A stretch of 64,000 bases of DNA from an uncultured delta proteobacterium (GCA_963789265.1 CAWBKB010000007.1:352001-416000), one strand, 5' to 3'. Positions 1 to 11,436 are shown, numbered from the stretch's first letter. Notes: generated by a model not told the origin, from the letters alone. A program made the numbers and translations.

Positions 1-421
1 CACCAAGATAGGCGGCTTCAAAGAGGGTAAATGAATTAGCCACCGCTCGAACGAATTTGGCGTTGCGCATAATCTTAGACATGTCACCCTTGACCTTGAA
101 AAGACCCCGGACGACACCTTCAATAAAATCCTTGTCCCCTTTTATGACCTCTTTGAAGTCCGGATAGGCTCCTGTCACGTAGAAACCCGGATCTAATCCC
201 GAAGGATCCTCAACCATTCGGGATGCCGAGCATGTCCCGGCCTTCGATTCCATATAGAGATAAGTCGTTTCGTCCAGTCCTCCGCCTGGAGTAATCTCAA
301 AGACAAAGTTTCCGTTAAAGTCTGCTCCCCAGTTTTTCCCATTCTCTTGAACCGCTTGGCTGTTGTTCATTGCGATCTTCCAAGCCTCACACCATTCTTG
401 CGACGGATACAAAACTGCCAT
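1..421 (-). CDS. SCP2 sterol/lipid-binding domain protein (3' end runs off window)
   Basis: Manual translation from ATG at 421 with AGGAG RBS: MAVLYPSQEWCEAWKIAMNNS...VRGLFKVKGDMSKIMRNAKF; SCP2-like motifs; directly downstream of the acyl-CoA dehydrogenase. Confidence 0.75.
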   Translation of the reverse strand, partial: MAVLYPSQEWCEAWKIAMNNSQAVQENGKNWGADFNGNFVFEITPGGGLDETTYLYMESKAGTCSASRMVEDPSGLDPGFYVTGAYPDFKEVIKGDKDFIEGVVRGLFKVKGDMSKIMRNAKFVRAVANSFTLFEAAYLG

Positions 422-468
422 GAGTCGTCTCCTTTCTATTTATTTGCCGTAGCGCCCTGAATGAGCAG

Positions 469-1729
469 CTACAAAGTTTTCAGATCGTACCAGTATCTGG
501 CGTTCTCCAGGGTCTTCAACCCTTTTCCGCCCATCCAGAGCCCCACAACCTTCTGGTCTCGCCAATGCTTTTCAATGCCAAACTCCCTGGCATAACCATA
601 GGAGCCCATAAAATCCATGGCCCGGCTGCACGCACGCTCGACTGCGTTATTGGCATGCAGAGCAAGGCCTCTAGACTTGAGGACGAATCGATCATCCCAC
701 GGGTCCCATCCATAAATATCCGGGCGATCCATTTCCCTGGCGTATTGCCACATCCAGGCGGAAGTTGATTCTATGAGTATGGCTATCTCCGACAGCATGT
801 CCGCACAAATGCTGTGCTCCTTCAGCGGTTTCCCCGCGATAATTCTTTCCGTGGTCCACTTCTTGATGATTTCATAGACGTTCTTCATGATGCCAACGGC
901 CATGGCGGCTGATCCTACGTTTCCCATGGAGATTGCCCGTTTCCAGGTACTTAAGATCATCACCCGGGCCATGCAGCCTGTATCTTTTTGGAACTCTCAC
1001 GTGATCAAACCAGATGTCGGTGTTCATGTCTGCTGACATGCCGCATTTCTGGTATGGGTTACCTACCGAAACCCCTTGGGTTTTCGCGGGAACCATGATC
1101 AGGGCAAAATCATTCGGGTCCGTAGACCCTTTCTTGGTCGTGCAGACTACTGTGTACAGATCTGCGACTTTCCCCGAATTTGTTGGCCATATTTTGTGGC
1201 CATTGACGACCCAGTGATCGCCATCAGGCGTCGCGGTCGTTTGTATTGTCTTGCCACGCATCCGGCCGATATTCTCAACATCTGATCCGCTGGAGGGCTC
1301 TGTCATGGCATGACAACCCATGTACAGTTCGTCACCGCAAAACTTTGGTCCAAACTCCATGCAAAGCTCCATATTGCGGTGCGGTTTAAGGAGCGCCGGG
1401 ACAAATCCCCAGATGGAGCAAATGCAGGCAGTGGCAAAACCAGAGTCAATTCTGGCCAACTCCTCTACGATGACGCAGCACATAGTCATTGGCTCGGGAA
1501 TGTCCGATCCTCCGGCCTCAGCGGGGAAAAATGCCCCGTTGAGCCCGAGGTCCACGAGGACTTCCTTTAGAAGGGGTTTAACGATCTTGTGTTCTTTCCA
1601 ATCCTCGTCCACCTGCCCCCTGATGGGCATATATCGCTCTTCTCCCCACTTCCTGAGAGCTTTGCCCATGTCTGACACAAAATCTGAAACCCACTCCTTC
1701 GGACGAATAAAATCGTCTATCGTAGGCAT
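469..1729 (-). CDS. Acyl-CoA dehydrogenase (split by +1 insertion near 946)
   Basis: ACAD motifs AMTEPSSGSD, VNGHKIWPTN, GSYGYAREFGIEKHWRD across ORFs 872..1756 and 469..972; AGGAGG RBS before ATG 1729. Confidence 0.9.
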
Positions 1730-1987
1730 TATGTCCTCCTGTCCCAGGTCTCGCAAAGAAACGAGACATAGGTGGCTAGTCCCGTCGGGACGACGAGTAA
1801 AGGTTTCAATTCTGGAACTACCCTGCCTCTTGGACCGTAGATTCGCAGATAGGAAAAGAACGGTGAATACGTCGAAGTTTGTATTTTTTGAAAAACAACC
1901 GCTGTATTTATAGGTGGGCTTTCAATGTAGACGGGCCGGTTCGGCGGCTGTCGAGCAGTCGAGGTTTAGGGTGGTGATTTACCGTGT

Positions 1988-2002
1988 TGGCATTATCATT
2001 GC
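1988..2002 (+). promoter_or_regulatory. Possible sigma-54 -24/-12 promoter
   Basis: TGGCAT-TATCA-TTGC matches TGGCAC-N5-TTGC in an intergenic region. Confidence 0.35.
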
Positions 2003-2525
2003 GCTAACAGCCTGACGCACTCAAAGGGCCTTCGGTCAGAGGCACCACGAGATATGAAGATTGCTCCAAAGCAACCCTCATGTTAGAGCCTCGTGGCGTA
2101 GCCATCATGGTCTCGCCTCTCCCGGTGATCCGCACGCGGCTGTACGTGCAGCAAAATGACTTCAACCAGCGCCGCAATCTTATCTCAAGCGGGCGATCCT
2201 TGGGGCAGCAAGACGAACTTGCACCAGGCTGGATTTTGGAACTGCCTCCGTGCTGTGCCCCGGCGCGCAATGCCCAAAATTCAATGTGTCCTGCCATGAA
2301 TACCCCTCAGCGGGCGCGGGTCGAAACCAACTCTTGTCGTCTTTATTTTACTTGTGGCCTTTGACGTGTTATATTAGCCAAGCCAAGTCATGGCTATTAA
2401 CATAGCACACCATCGGTGATCTACTGGCGATAGGCTCCCGGTCGGCGTTCTTGCAAAAGAAGCTTCCGCGGGCTGTTCATAGCACCTCACTCGAAAAATG
2501 ACGGCCTCATGCTGAGGACCATAGG

Positions 2526-3182
2526 ATGCGGCGAACTCACCGGATTGTAGTAGCGGAAGATCATACTATAGTCAGGGAAGGGTTGCGGGCATTGCTCGGT
2601 TCGGATCCGGATTTCGAAATTGTGGGAGAGGTAGCAGACGGCTGGGAGGCCATTCAGTCTGCCGAAAACCTGGAGCCGGACATTGTATTGATGGACCTTT
2701 CCATGCCAAGAATGCATGGCATGGAGGCTATGAGAGAAATTAAGAAGCGATGTCCAAAGACAAAGATATTGGTATTGACAGTTCACGACAATGAAGAATA
2801 TGTTCTCGCCGCTCTGGAGGCAGGGGCCAATGGCTATATTTTGAAGCACGCGACCAGTGCCGAATTAGTGACGGCAATCAAGACGATTTTATCGGACAAG
2901 CAATACTTGAGTCCTGCGATTTCCGGGATAGTGATAAAGGGGTATTTGGACGCAAAGAAAAATCCCGCCCCCGAATCAACATGGGATACGCTCACCCAAC
3001 GCGAAAGAGAGATTTTGAAGCTCATAGCCGAGGGTTACAAGAACAAGGAGATTGCAAATTTCCTTTGTATCAGCATAAAAACTGCTCAAAAGCACCGCGC
3101 GAACCTCATGGAAAAGTTGAATCTTCATAACGTCGCAGGCTTGACGGCCTTTGCCATAGAAAGAGGGCTTGTCCGCAGATAG
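2526..3182 (+). CDS. NarL/LuxR-family response regulator
   Basis: REC domain (AEDH, LMDLSMP) plus LuxR HTH (LTQREREILKLIAEG...HRANLMEKL). Confidence 0.95.
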   Translation: MRRTHRIVVAEDHTIVREGLRALLGSDPDFEIVGEVADGWEAIQSAENLEPDIVLMDLSMPRMHGMEAMREIKKRCPKTKILVLTVHDNEEYVLAALEAGANGYILKHATSAELVTAIKTILSDKQYLSPAISGIVIKGYLDAKKNPAPESTWDTLTQREREILKLIAEGYKNKEIANFLCISIKTAQKHRANLMEKLNLHNVAGLTAFAIERGLVRR

Positions 3183-3183
3183 A

Positions 3184-5208
3184 TCAAGTTTCACTTTCAG
3201 GCCACGAGGCCCGGACCACCGTTCCTTTCCCCCTGACCGGTTCTATGGAAAAAGATCCTCCGGAAAGTTCCGTCCGTTCTTTCATGCTAGCCAGGCCGAG
3301 TCCTTTTCTGTAATTTTGTGCAGAGCCGGATGGATTTAGATCGAATCCCGCACCGTTATCTTGGATGACCAATTCTATTCTGCCGTCCGTTTTTTGGAGA
3401 CAGAGGCGTACGGAATCAGCCTTACTGTGTTTGACGACATTGTTCAGGGCCTCCTGCAACACCCGGAAAAGAACCGTTTTCAGGCGTTCAGGCACTTGCT
3501 CTTCCGCCACCTCAATTTCTTTTTCGATATGCATGTGGGAATATATCGCCTGTAATTCCCGACAAAACCACATAATGGTGGGCAAGATTCCTAGATCATC
3601 CAGAATAGAGGGACGCAAGTCCATCGAAATTCTTTTGACCTCTTTAATGGAGTGTTGAACCAGAGGGATGATAGATTCCAATGACTCTATAGGGCTTACA
3701 ATCATGCCGTCATACATTTGTTTGAGTGTATTCTCCAACTTAAATTTGAAACCTGACAGGATTTGCCCAATTCCATCGTGCAGTTCTTGAGCGACTCGCT
3801 TTCTCTCCCTTTCCTGGGCTGTTAGCAACTGGGCAGAGAGCAATCGCAGTTGCTGTTCCGATTTTGCCAGCGCCTCCTCGGTGCGCTTGCGCTCGGTGAT
3901 GTCTAGACCTAGTCCCACAAGATATGTTTTACCAGCCAATTTTACGCGAACCCCTGAAAAGAAGTAAGGGATGCCTTTGCCGTCTTTTGTGAGGAGATTC
4001 GCATCAGCAAACGCTTTGCCATTAATTAAAATCTGTTCAACCTTCTGAGCCACAAGTTTTTTGTTCTCGGCGGCGATGAAATCAAGCTCTTTCATTGCTG
4101 ACAACTCTTGGGGCAAATACCCAGTGATTTCTTCAAAAGGTCTGTTCCACCTAATGAGACGGCCCTCCAGGTCGAAAAGGTAAAAAACACCTGGCAGACT
4201 ATTTATGACCGCATCGGTAAAATCTTTTTCTTTTAGGAGTCTTTCTTCTATTCGCTTACGCTCGACGATCTCCAGCAGGAGCTGTTCATTTGCTCTCTCC
4301 AGCATCTCAGTGCGCTCTTCTACCGTTCTCTCGAGGTGCTGGCGGTGGCTTCTCAACTCATCTTCGATTTGCCTACGCCTGGTGATGTCGCGTCCAATAC
4401 CCCGAAAACCAGTTTTAAGGCCCTGCGGACCCCTTATTGGGGACACGGATAGCTCAATACACCTTTTCGCTCCATCCTTTCTAATAATTTCCCAACGAGT
4501 TGCCGGCACCGGCTTCCCGGTTTTATAGACCTCATTGAAGGTGCGGTAGGCTTGTGCGGCGTAATCCTTGTCAGTAAATTCCGCATAATTCTTGCCCATC
4601 AGGTCGTCTTCATCATACCCGACAATTTCGCACAGCGATTTATTGAAGAACTTGAGATTTCCGTCAAGGTCCACCTCGTAATATCCATCTTCAATGCTTT
4701 CAACAATCATTCGGTATCTTTCTTCCGATTCTCGCAGGGCCTCCTCGACACGTTCGAGTTCAGTCACGTCAAGCAGATTGCCGACATTTGCAGGCTTCCC
4801 CATGTAAGTGGCGTGACCTCCTCCTATGTCAACCCGGATGGTTGAGCCGTCCTTTTTGAGTAGCCGAAAAGCGTAGCGTGTTGGGTGAACCTCGGCCTTT
4901 TCACGTGCTAGGCCTCTCCGCTTTACTAAGGCTCTGTCGTCAGGATGAACCAACTCCCAGAACGGCCGCCCCAGGATTTCCTCAGCTCGGCTATAGCCTG
5001 TAATTTCCAAGAAGCGTGGGTTCACGTACTTGAACCGCCCCTTTTGGATTATATAGATCCCCGCCAGCGAGTTCTCGATCGGTATACGGTACTTTTCCTC
5101 CGACTGCCGGAGCGCGGCTTCGAGCTTCTTCAGGTCGGCAGTCTCTTTTTCTAACTCTCTGACCCTTCGTTCCAATTCCTCGTAGGATGGCTTCTTCTTC
5201 ACGAGCAT
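3184..5208 (-). CDS. Multi-PAS sensor histidine kinase (HisKA_3/NarX-UhpB type)
   Basis: Three PAS repeats; ERKRVAQELHDGIGQ H-box; EALNNVVKHS, DNGAGF, GLGLASM boxes; convergent with the response regulator. Confidence 0.95.
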   Translation of the reverse strand: MLVKKKPSYEELERRVRELEKETADLKKLEAALRQSEEKYRIPIENSLAGIYIIQKGRFKYVNPRFLEITGYSRAEEILGRPFWELVHPDDRALVKRRGLAREKAEVHPTRYAFRLLKKDGSTIRVDIGGGHATYMGKPANVGNLLDVTELERVEEALRESEERYRMIVESIEDGYYEVDLDGNLKFFNKSLCEIVGYDEDDLMGKNYAEFTDKDYAAQAYRTFNEVYKTGKPVPATRWEIIRKDGAKRCIELSVSPIRGPQGLKTGFRGIGRDITRRRQIEDELRSHRQHLERTVEERTEMLERANEQLLLEIVERKRIEERLLKEKDFTDAVINSLPGVFYLFDLEGRLIRWNRPFEEITGYLPQELSAMKELDFIAAENKKLVAQKVEQILINGKAFADANLLTKDGKGIPYFFSGVRVKLAGKTYLVGLGLDITERKRTEEALAKSEQQLRLLSAQLLTAQERERKRVAQELHDGIGQILSGFKFKLENTLKQMYDGMIVSPIESLESIIPLVQHSIKEVKRISMDLRPSILDDLGILPTIMWFCRELQAIYSHMHIEKEIEVAEEQVPERLKTVLFRVLQEALNNVVKHSKADSVRLCLQKTDGRIELVIQDNGAGFDLNPSGSAQNYRKGLGLASMKERTELSGGSFSIEPVRGKGTVVRASWPESET

Positions 5209-5498
5209 CCCTCCAAATCATTCTCGTAACCCATTGGTTCAACTAGCTTCTCACTTCGTTGGCCCTGCTTTATGCCGATGTCAAACAGAGCGCTTGCCTG
5301 TAAGCCGAACCCTCACTTCCATTTATAACGCTGTGGAACAAGACAGACAAATATATTGATTTTGTAATCGTCTACCCCAATCCCTCCGTTCTTCATACGG
5401 GCGCGGAACCCGTTCCAGAGGATTGCATCTATTTGTTCTTCCGGCGGGCTTGATAGGCTAGTCGGTGCCATTTATCTTCTGTCTCAGGGCAGGAGCCC

Positions 5499-6483
5499 TA
5501 CTTAGCACACATAACGGAAGAGATCCGACAAGCTGAGGTCTACGGGGGTCAGGCCAAAGAGGAAATTTATGCAGGCCGCAACAAAGTACCCGAACGAGTG
5601 TGAGAGAGCTTCTCTAGACAAGGACGCCTGGTGTCAGAAGAGAATCATGCTATTCATTGGAGATCTCACCTTAGAAAACGTTCACAGGGGAACCTTGAGG
5701 CCCTACATTGAACACGGTCGAAGACAGGGATGGAAGAGCAGGACCGTCAACATGCCGCTCGAAGTTGGCAGACACATTCTCAATCTGGCTGCGGGTGAGT
5801 GGCTCGACGAGAATGGTCTGACGTGGTTACAGTCAGCCCCGAAGATTCGGCTGCTCTCAAGATCTGACGCTCGGGAACCATACCCGCTTTCCTGGGATGA
5901 GCAGGAGAAACTCTTTGCTGCTCTTCCTGAGCATCTGAGGATGATGTGTTTCTTCGCAGTGAACACCGGCCTCAGGAACAAAGAAGTCTGTGGGCTGCGA
6001 TGGGATGATGAAATCGAGATCCCGGAGTTGGAAACCAGCGTGTTCATCGTTCCCAAGGAGCGGGTCAAGAATCGGGAAGATCGCCTCGTGGTGCTCAACC
6101 GAGTGGCCAAAGCAGTTGTGGAGCGACTCCGCGATGATCATCCTGTGTGGGTGTTCACCTACAAAGGATCTCCGATGCAGAGCATGTACACGACTGCTTG
6201 GAGAGAAGCGCGGGAGAAAGTGGGACTGCCCTTCGTGCGAATCCACGACCTCAAACACACTTACGGGCGGAGGCTTCGGTCAGCCGGGGTGTCTTTCGAG
6301 GATCGTCAGGATCTGCTCGGGCACAAGTCGGGGAGGATCACGACGCATTATTCCGCACCCGAGTTGATCAACCTTATACAAGCTTCGGAGCGGGTTTGCA
6401 GCCGCAATGGGTCCAAATTGGGTACAGGCGTTACACTGAGACGAAAAATCCCGCTGCGGCTTGTTTCTAACCGGGCGGGATGA
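5499..6483 (+). mobile_element. Tyrosine integrase, N-terminally truncated/degenerate
   Basis: TGLR...HDLKH...LGH...HY catalytic motifs; upstream out-of-frame remnant YLAHITEEIRQAEVYG-VRPKRKF; stop 11 bp from the tRNA 3' end. Confidence 0.85.
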
Positions 6484-6494
6484 TTTATCTTTTC

Positions 6495-6570
6495 TGGCTC
6501 CCCGAGTAGGACTCGAACCTACAACCTAGTGGTTAACGGCCACCCGCTCTGCCAATTGAGCTATCGGGGA
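6495..6570 (-). tRNA. tRNA-Asn (GTT)
   Basis: 76 nt TCCCCGATAGCTCAATTGGCAGAGCGGGTGGCCGTTAACCACTAGGTTGTAGGTTCGAGTCCTACTCGGGGAGCCA; cloverleaf, GTTCGA T-loop, encoded CCA. Confidence 0.97.
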
Positions 6571-6737
6571 ACTTAACGCCCACTGTGACAGTGATGTCAC
6601 GCGACCAGAAAATAATTTTGGATTATTCCTGCGGCCATGTCAATGCCGAAATTCGGGAAACCGTAGTGATCAAAGTTTTACAGAGCCACTAGCTGCTGGG
6701 GACAGTTCGGTGCAACCTCAATCCGCCCCCCTCCCTT

Positions 6738-7286
6738 TCACTCCGATGCTGTGGACACCCATCGGCGCAGTGCCGGGAGTTCGCTGGCCTCCCATTCGTC
6801 CGAAATCCTTAGTTTCAGGAAGTACTCTAACAGGTCGTCCACTATCTCCATACCTTCTTCGATAAGATATGCCTTTTCCAGGAAAGATCCCTCCACATCG
6901 TCGTCACCCTCCCCTTCACCCGTAGGGAGTATAGGCGGAGTCCTGAAGGAACCGAAACTGAACCAGGTTCCTTTGAGCATCATGGTGAAATCATTGTCGG
7001 TCGCTCTGATCGAGATTCGGGCCTCTTCGATCTTCTTCCCCTCCTTCAGGGCAGCAAGACCCTCGCGCAACTCTGACTGCTCACCCTTGAGGGTCACAGT
7101 CTGGGGGGTATCGACATCCGACAGGTCGAGCGTCATGCGGTCGAGGAAGAGAACCTCCGCGACCTTCTTGCCGGGAATCTCTATTCGACCGCCGGTCTGA
7201 TCGGATTTAAACCAGAGCCACGTGAGAAATTCCCGTCCAAGAAATGCCTTTTCACGAAGTATGTCCAGGAAGTCCATGAATGCCAA
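6738..7286 (-). CDS. Conserved RdgC-associated hypothetical protein
   Basis: FLGREFLTWLWF motif; partner of the upstream RdgC-like gene. Confidence 0.65.
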   Translation of the reverse strand: MAFMDFLDILREKAFLGREFLTWLWFKSDQTGGRIEIPGKKVAEVLFLDRMTLDLSDVDTPQTVTLKGEQSELREGLAALKEGKKIEEARISIRATDNDFTMMLKGTWFSFGSFRTPPILPTGEGEGDDDVEGSFLEKAYLIEEGMEIVDDLLEYFLKLRISDEWEASELPALRRWVSTASE

Positions 7287-7339
7287 TTCCTTATATTTTA
7301 TGTCAGGTCGCGGAAGTTCGCTAACGACAGCCTACCACT

Positions 7340-7951
7340 TCAAGGGACCATTGAACACGGCTTGAGCTGCTCGAGGAGACGCTTTTCCGGCTTATCTTCG
7401 AACATTTCTTCTGCACGAATATAAGCGAGGAGCGGCACCAGTGCCAGCCCGAAACATTTCTTGAAATGTGCTTCCGTGCGCTCTCTGGCCTTCACGGAAT
7501 GGCTTCCGAAGTAGACCGCGGCCTTTGCAGTATCCCAGATCAGATCGTAAATTTGGATGGAGGGGAATACTTGTTGTTTGAGTGATTCCTTGAGATGCTC
7601 TTTGAGTTCTCTTCGCTGAGCCGAAGAAAGGCGTCGCTGCCCGGTCTCTTCAAGCTTCTTGCGGCTTTCCTTCTTAAGTTGAATCTCGAGTATGCGTGGT
7701 GGGACCCGCACTGTGTCAATGCGAAGACTCAGCGCGACATAATTGCCGCGGACATAAGAAGTCCCGGCGAACTGGCTGTCCGTGAAGTCATCAATGGAAA
7801 CCCACCCCATGCCTACTTCGTCACCCGAAGTCTGGACCTCCTGGAACGCGCCTCTCCTTATGCCCGCGTCCAACGTCTCCCAAAAAGATCCTTCCATCTC
7901 TCCTCGAACCCGGTACCTGATCATGGATACGGCACGTGATGCAAACCCCAT
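7340..7951 (-). CDS. rdgC: Recombination-associated protein RdgC-like
   Basis: GWV, LSLRID..VP, ELKE.LK, DLIWD pattern typical of the RdgC N-terminal region. Confidence 0.7.
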   Translation of the reverse strand: MGFASRAVSMIRYRVRGEMEGSFWETLDAGIRRGAFQEVQTSGDEVGMGWVSIDDFTDSQFAGTSYVRGNYVALSLRIDTVRVPPRILEIQLKKESRKKLEETGQRRLSSAQRRELKEHLKESLKQQVFPSIQIYDLIWDTAKAAVYFGSHSVKARERTEAHFKKCFGLALVPLLAYIRAEEMFEDKPEKRLLEQLKPCSMVP

Positions 7952-8074
7952 AAAATGCTCCCACGGTCAAATTGCGTGACCCAAGAGATTAGACGAAAAA
8001 ACATGGTGGGGCAAGTCGTGGTTCGATGGTATCAGTTTTTCAATGAGCTATTCTATCAATTAGGAGGTGGCAAC

Positions 8075-8293
8075 ATGTCCGTGATCAAAATTATCGAGTT
8101 GGTGGGCGAATCAGCCCTTGGATGGGAAGACGCCATGAAACAGGTCATCTCGGAAGCGCAAAAGACACTGCGGGGCATCACCCGCACCGGCGTGCTGGAG
8201 CAGGATGTCAGGATGATCAACGATCAGATCGATGTGTGGCGGGTCAGGGCGCAGGTATCTTTCAGGGTTGAACGGCCGGATCTGGAGCTTTGA
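8075..8293 (+). CDS. Dodecin family protein
   Basis: MSVIKIIELVGES..GWEDA...A.KTLR...VSFRVE; AGGAGG RBS. Confidence 0.9.
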   Translation: MSVIKIIELVGESALGWEDAMKQVISEAQKTLRGITRTGVLEQDVRMINDQIDVWRVRAQVSFRVERPDLEL

Positions 8294-8297
8294 GAGT

Positions 8298-8951
8298 TCA
8301 AGCCGGCTCAAAAGGGAAGGCGTCCAAGAAAAGCCCAATTTCGCGAACCAGTGCCTCTTCCCCGCCCACATGAAAATGGTCCGCTCCAGGAAGGATAACC
8401 CCCTTTTTCGGCTCCGGGATTCGATCTACAAGCTCTTCAAAACGCTCTACCGGGCAGACAAAATCCCTGTCGCCCGCGAGGAGAAGCTTGGGACGAAGCT
8501 CATTCGCGAGGAAACCAAAATCATAGGAATCCAGGGGTGGAGAAATGCCGATCAGCCTTTTGGGCCTAGCGTCGCGAGATGCGGCCTTCAAACCTACCCA
8601 GCAACCAAACGAGTAACCTGCAACGATCAGTCTTTGCGAGTTCACTTCTTTCAGGGCTTGAACAAAGTCTATCGCCGCCAGCACATCGTCGATCTCGTCA
8701 ATTCCGTTGCCGTGAGTTCCCCAACTTCGGCCCGTACCTCTAAAGTTGAATCGCAAGCAGATCACGCCACGCTCATTTAGACCGGTCCTGAGGGCTCTGA
8801 TCACGTTGTTGTGCATGCTGCCGCCGAAAAGCGGATGCGGATGGCAAAGTACGGCAGCCGCGGCCGGGTTTTCCGCGGGGTCAGGCATCTCCAGGACACC
8901 TTCAAGCGTGAGAGTGCCGCAGGGAACAGATACATCTTGTCTAAGGTTCAT
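8298..8951 (-). CDS. Alpha/beta hydrolase
   Basis: CHPHPLFGGSM, FNFRGTG, GYSFG nucleophile, ADHF; forms the C-terminal part of the artefactual 575-aa ORF. Confidence 0.88.
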   Translation of the reverse strand: MNLRQDVSVPCGTLTLEGVLEMPDPAENPAAAAVLCHPHPLFGGSMHNNVIRALRTGLNERGVICLRFNFRGTGRSWGTHGNGIDEIDDVLAAIDFVQALKEVNSQRLIVAGYSFGCWVGLKAASRDARPKRLIGISPPLDSYDFGFLANELRPKLLLAGDRDFVCPVERFEELVDRIPEPKKGVILPGADHFHVGGEEALVREIGLFLDAFPFEPA

Positions 8952-8983
8952 GGATTGTCCTCGACCACATCCCATCGGCCGCA

Positions 8984-10684
8984 CTAGATTTCCACTTCTG
9001 TAATGCGCGTCAGGCCCGCGCGCATCGGTTGAATGATGACGAAGAGGGCAACCGCCAATGCTCCGAGGAAACAGCCACCAATCAGGAAGTAATCGCGCAA
9101 GATCAGGCTGTCCCCCAAAAATCCGGTTAACACGATCCGGTACACCGGAAAGGCTTCCAGCAAGATCACGGCCGTCACTGCCAGGGCCGAATAGATCATA
9201 GTGAGGACTCCGCCGAAGCCGGTAAAGGCCCGGTTGGGGTCCACCTGCTTGAAATCGGCGTACTTCACTCCCATGCCTATAGATAATGAGGTTATGCCTA
9301 CGGTCAAAAAGGCCATGGTCACTGTGGAAACCATTGAAATAATAAACCCCAGTCCGAGGAGCCGATTGGTCATAATCACCAGAAACAGACCCAGGTACAA
9401 GCATGGGTGCCAGATAGAAATAGAATTTGACCCAAAGTATCTTGCGTAGCCCTACCGGGGAGCCTTTGACAATCCAGAATGCACGCCCTTCGGAAGAAAT
9501 CGCGGGAAAGAGGAACCTTACACCAAGCGAGGAGAGCACAAAACCGGCGAGGCCGATATTCAGAAAGGCTATGGTATTCTTGAGAAACATCGTAGCAGCA
9601 GGCGAATCCAGAGAGGGTAACACGCTGAAATTATATAAATAAACTGTAATCAGTGCGAGCAGCAGTAAAAGCTGGCTTAGCCGGCCCCAGTCTCTCGCCA
9701 TCAGCAAAGTTTCTTTTACCGTCAGCCGCACGGTCACCCTGTCGAAGAAGCGGCTGAGAAAACGCCCGAAGAAGTCAATGAATCTGCTTTGACTCAGTCT
9801 TGCGCCTTTCGATTCCATTGCCTTGGAGTAAGCCTGAAAATGAACCGCCTGGTGGTTATGACCGGCCACGCGGAACGCCGCGACAGCCCCCGAAACGAGA
9901 AGAGCCATAAAGAAAGGGATTTGATCGAATCCTTGCCCGGTAATGTAAGGCCGTAGTGTTTCCATGATCCACGTTGTCGGCAGCAGAGGAGAGGATGATT
10001 CCGACATAATCGAAAGGTAGTCCATTACCGACAGCGAAACCGGCCGGATTCAGAAATTCTTCCGGCCGCATCATCCTGAACAAGAGATAGAGCCCTACGA
10101 ATATCAGAACGCCCACCAGCACGAAGATGTCCCGGAGTCGCCTGACCGGAAAGGTCCGAACAAGGATTTGCATAACGAACACCGCGGCTGCAGTGGTCAT
10201 TACCATTAGGCACAGGAAGCCCACCGCGCTCAGCGCATAAAAAGACCACCCGGCGTTAAAGACTCTGCCGTAGGCCAAAAAGACCGGAAAACCGAAGACC
10301 AGCACCATCCACGACGAGTCCACCAGAGTTTCTATGAATCGAGCCGTGTAGAGCGATGGACCGGGAATAGGAGCAGCCATGATAAGTTCAAGGTCTTCAG
10401 AAAGGAAAAAGGTGGAAAAGGTGGTAATCATGTTGCTGATAATTACCACGAAGGCGAAGGTCATCAGAAGCATGGACAGGAGCTTAGTGGCCGCAATAGT
10501 TCCAAACATCTCTTCAGCGGTAAAGTACAGTCAGCGCCTTCACAAAAACCACGTATATAGCTGTCCAGAAAATCGCGACCAGCGCAGCGAGGAAGACGTA
10601 GCGGAGCCGATCGTGTCCGGAAACTCTAAGACGATTGCGCAGCTTTTTCCAACGAGGGCTCAAAAGCAGTGGAACATTTGTCAT
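8984..10684 (-). CDS. Putative ABC-2 type transporter permease (three +1 frameshifts near 10530, 10030, 9394)
   Basis: One continuous hydrophobic protein across ORFs 9856..10509, 8298..10025 (N-terminal part) and 8984..9400; motifs FFLSEDL, FPAISSEGRAFW. Confidence 0.75.
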
Positions 10685-10853
10685 CGGCAATCTTCGAGAT
10701 TCAGTCTGATAAGATCAATCCGGCGAGTCGTGGAAAAGTCGTCCGACATGAATTAATAGACTGTCTCAAAATTAGTTTGAGTCAGAAAATCGAGCAACGG
10801 TTCCGAGCAGCAAAATAGTCCTGAGACAGCTTATGGAGATGCGTTCCCAGGCG

Positions 10854-11285
10854 TTACGCATCCGGTTTTTCATCAGTTGGGGTGCTTTTCTGCGGCTCTT
10901 TCTGCTTCTCTATCTTTTCTTCTTTCTTCGCCCGCTGTTCGGCGGAGTCTTCAGGCGCCGCTTTTTCCTCCTCTTGGGCTGCCTTTTCAATGAGTTCCGC
11001 ATAAAAGTCGGGCCCGGTTTTCTCTTCGGCGGGCGGCACGAGATCTCCCTGATCGACTATTTGCCGAGCGGCTTCATCGTTTTTGCGCGGCGGTTCGTAG
11101 TGATGAGTATCCATAGAAGTGAGAGCGTCCAAATCCACACTGTTACGGATGTCCCACATCATCTTCTGCAGATCCCTGTACAATTTTCCTGCGACTTTAG
11201 CCGTTTCTGCAAGCTGACGCGGCCCCAGGAAAATCAGAGCGACCACGAGAATAAGCACCACTTCCCACATCGAAATTCCGAACAC
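10854..11285 (-). CDS. tatB: Twin-arginine translocase subunit TatB
   Basis: MFGISMWEVVLILVVALIFLGPRQL followed by amphipathic helix and charged tail. Confidence 0.85.
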   Translation of the reverse strand: MFGISMWEVVLILVVALIFLGPRQLAETAKVAGKLYRDLQKMMWDIRNSVDLDALTSMDTHHYEPPRKNDEAARQIVDQGDLVPPAEEKTGPDFYAELIEKAAQEEEKAAPEDSAEQRAKKEEKIEKQKEPQKSTPTDEKPDA

Positions 11286-11436
11286 TTACAGCCTCTCTTG
11301 CCGGTCTTCTATCCTAAACACTATACCACATTCCTAAAAATGTACTGATAGCAACCGGCAATCCCGCGTTGCGCGCGGGACCGTCCTACAGAAGTTTTCA
11401 TGTTTCGTTGCAACTCCCTAACCTTGTGATTAGGAA

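Noticed and set aside
1..6483. Prophage at tRNA-Asn
   Set aside because: No phage structural, replication or lysis genes near the integrase.
8298..10025. 575-aa permease-hydrolase fusion
   Set aside because: Artefact of the +1 insertion near 9394; the corrected permease stops at 8984 and the hydrolase has its own ATG at 8951.
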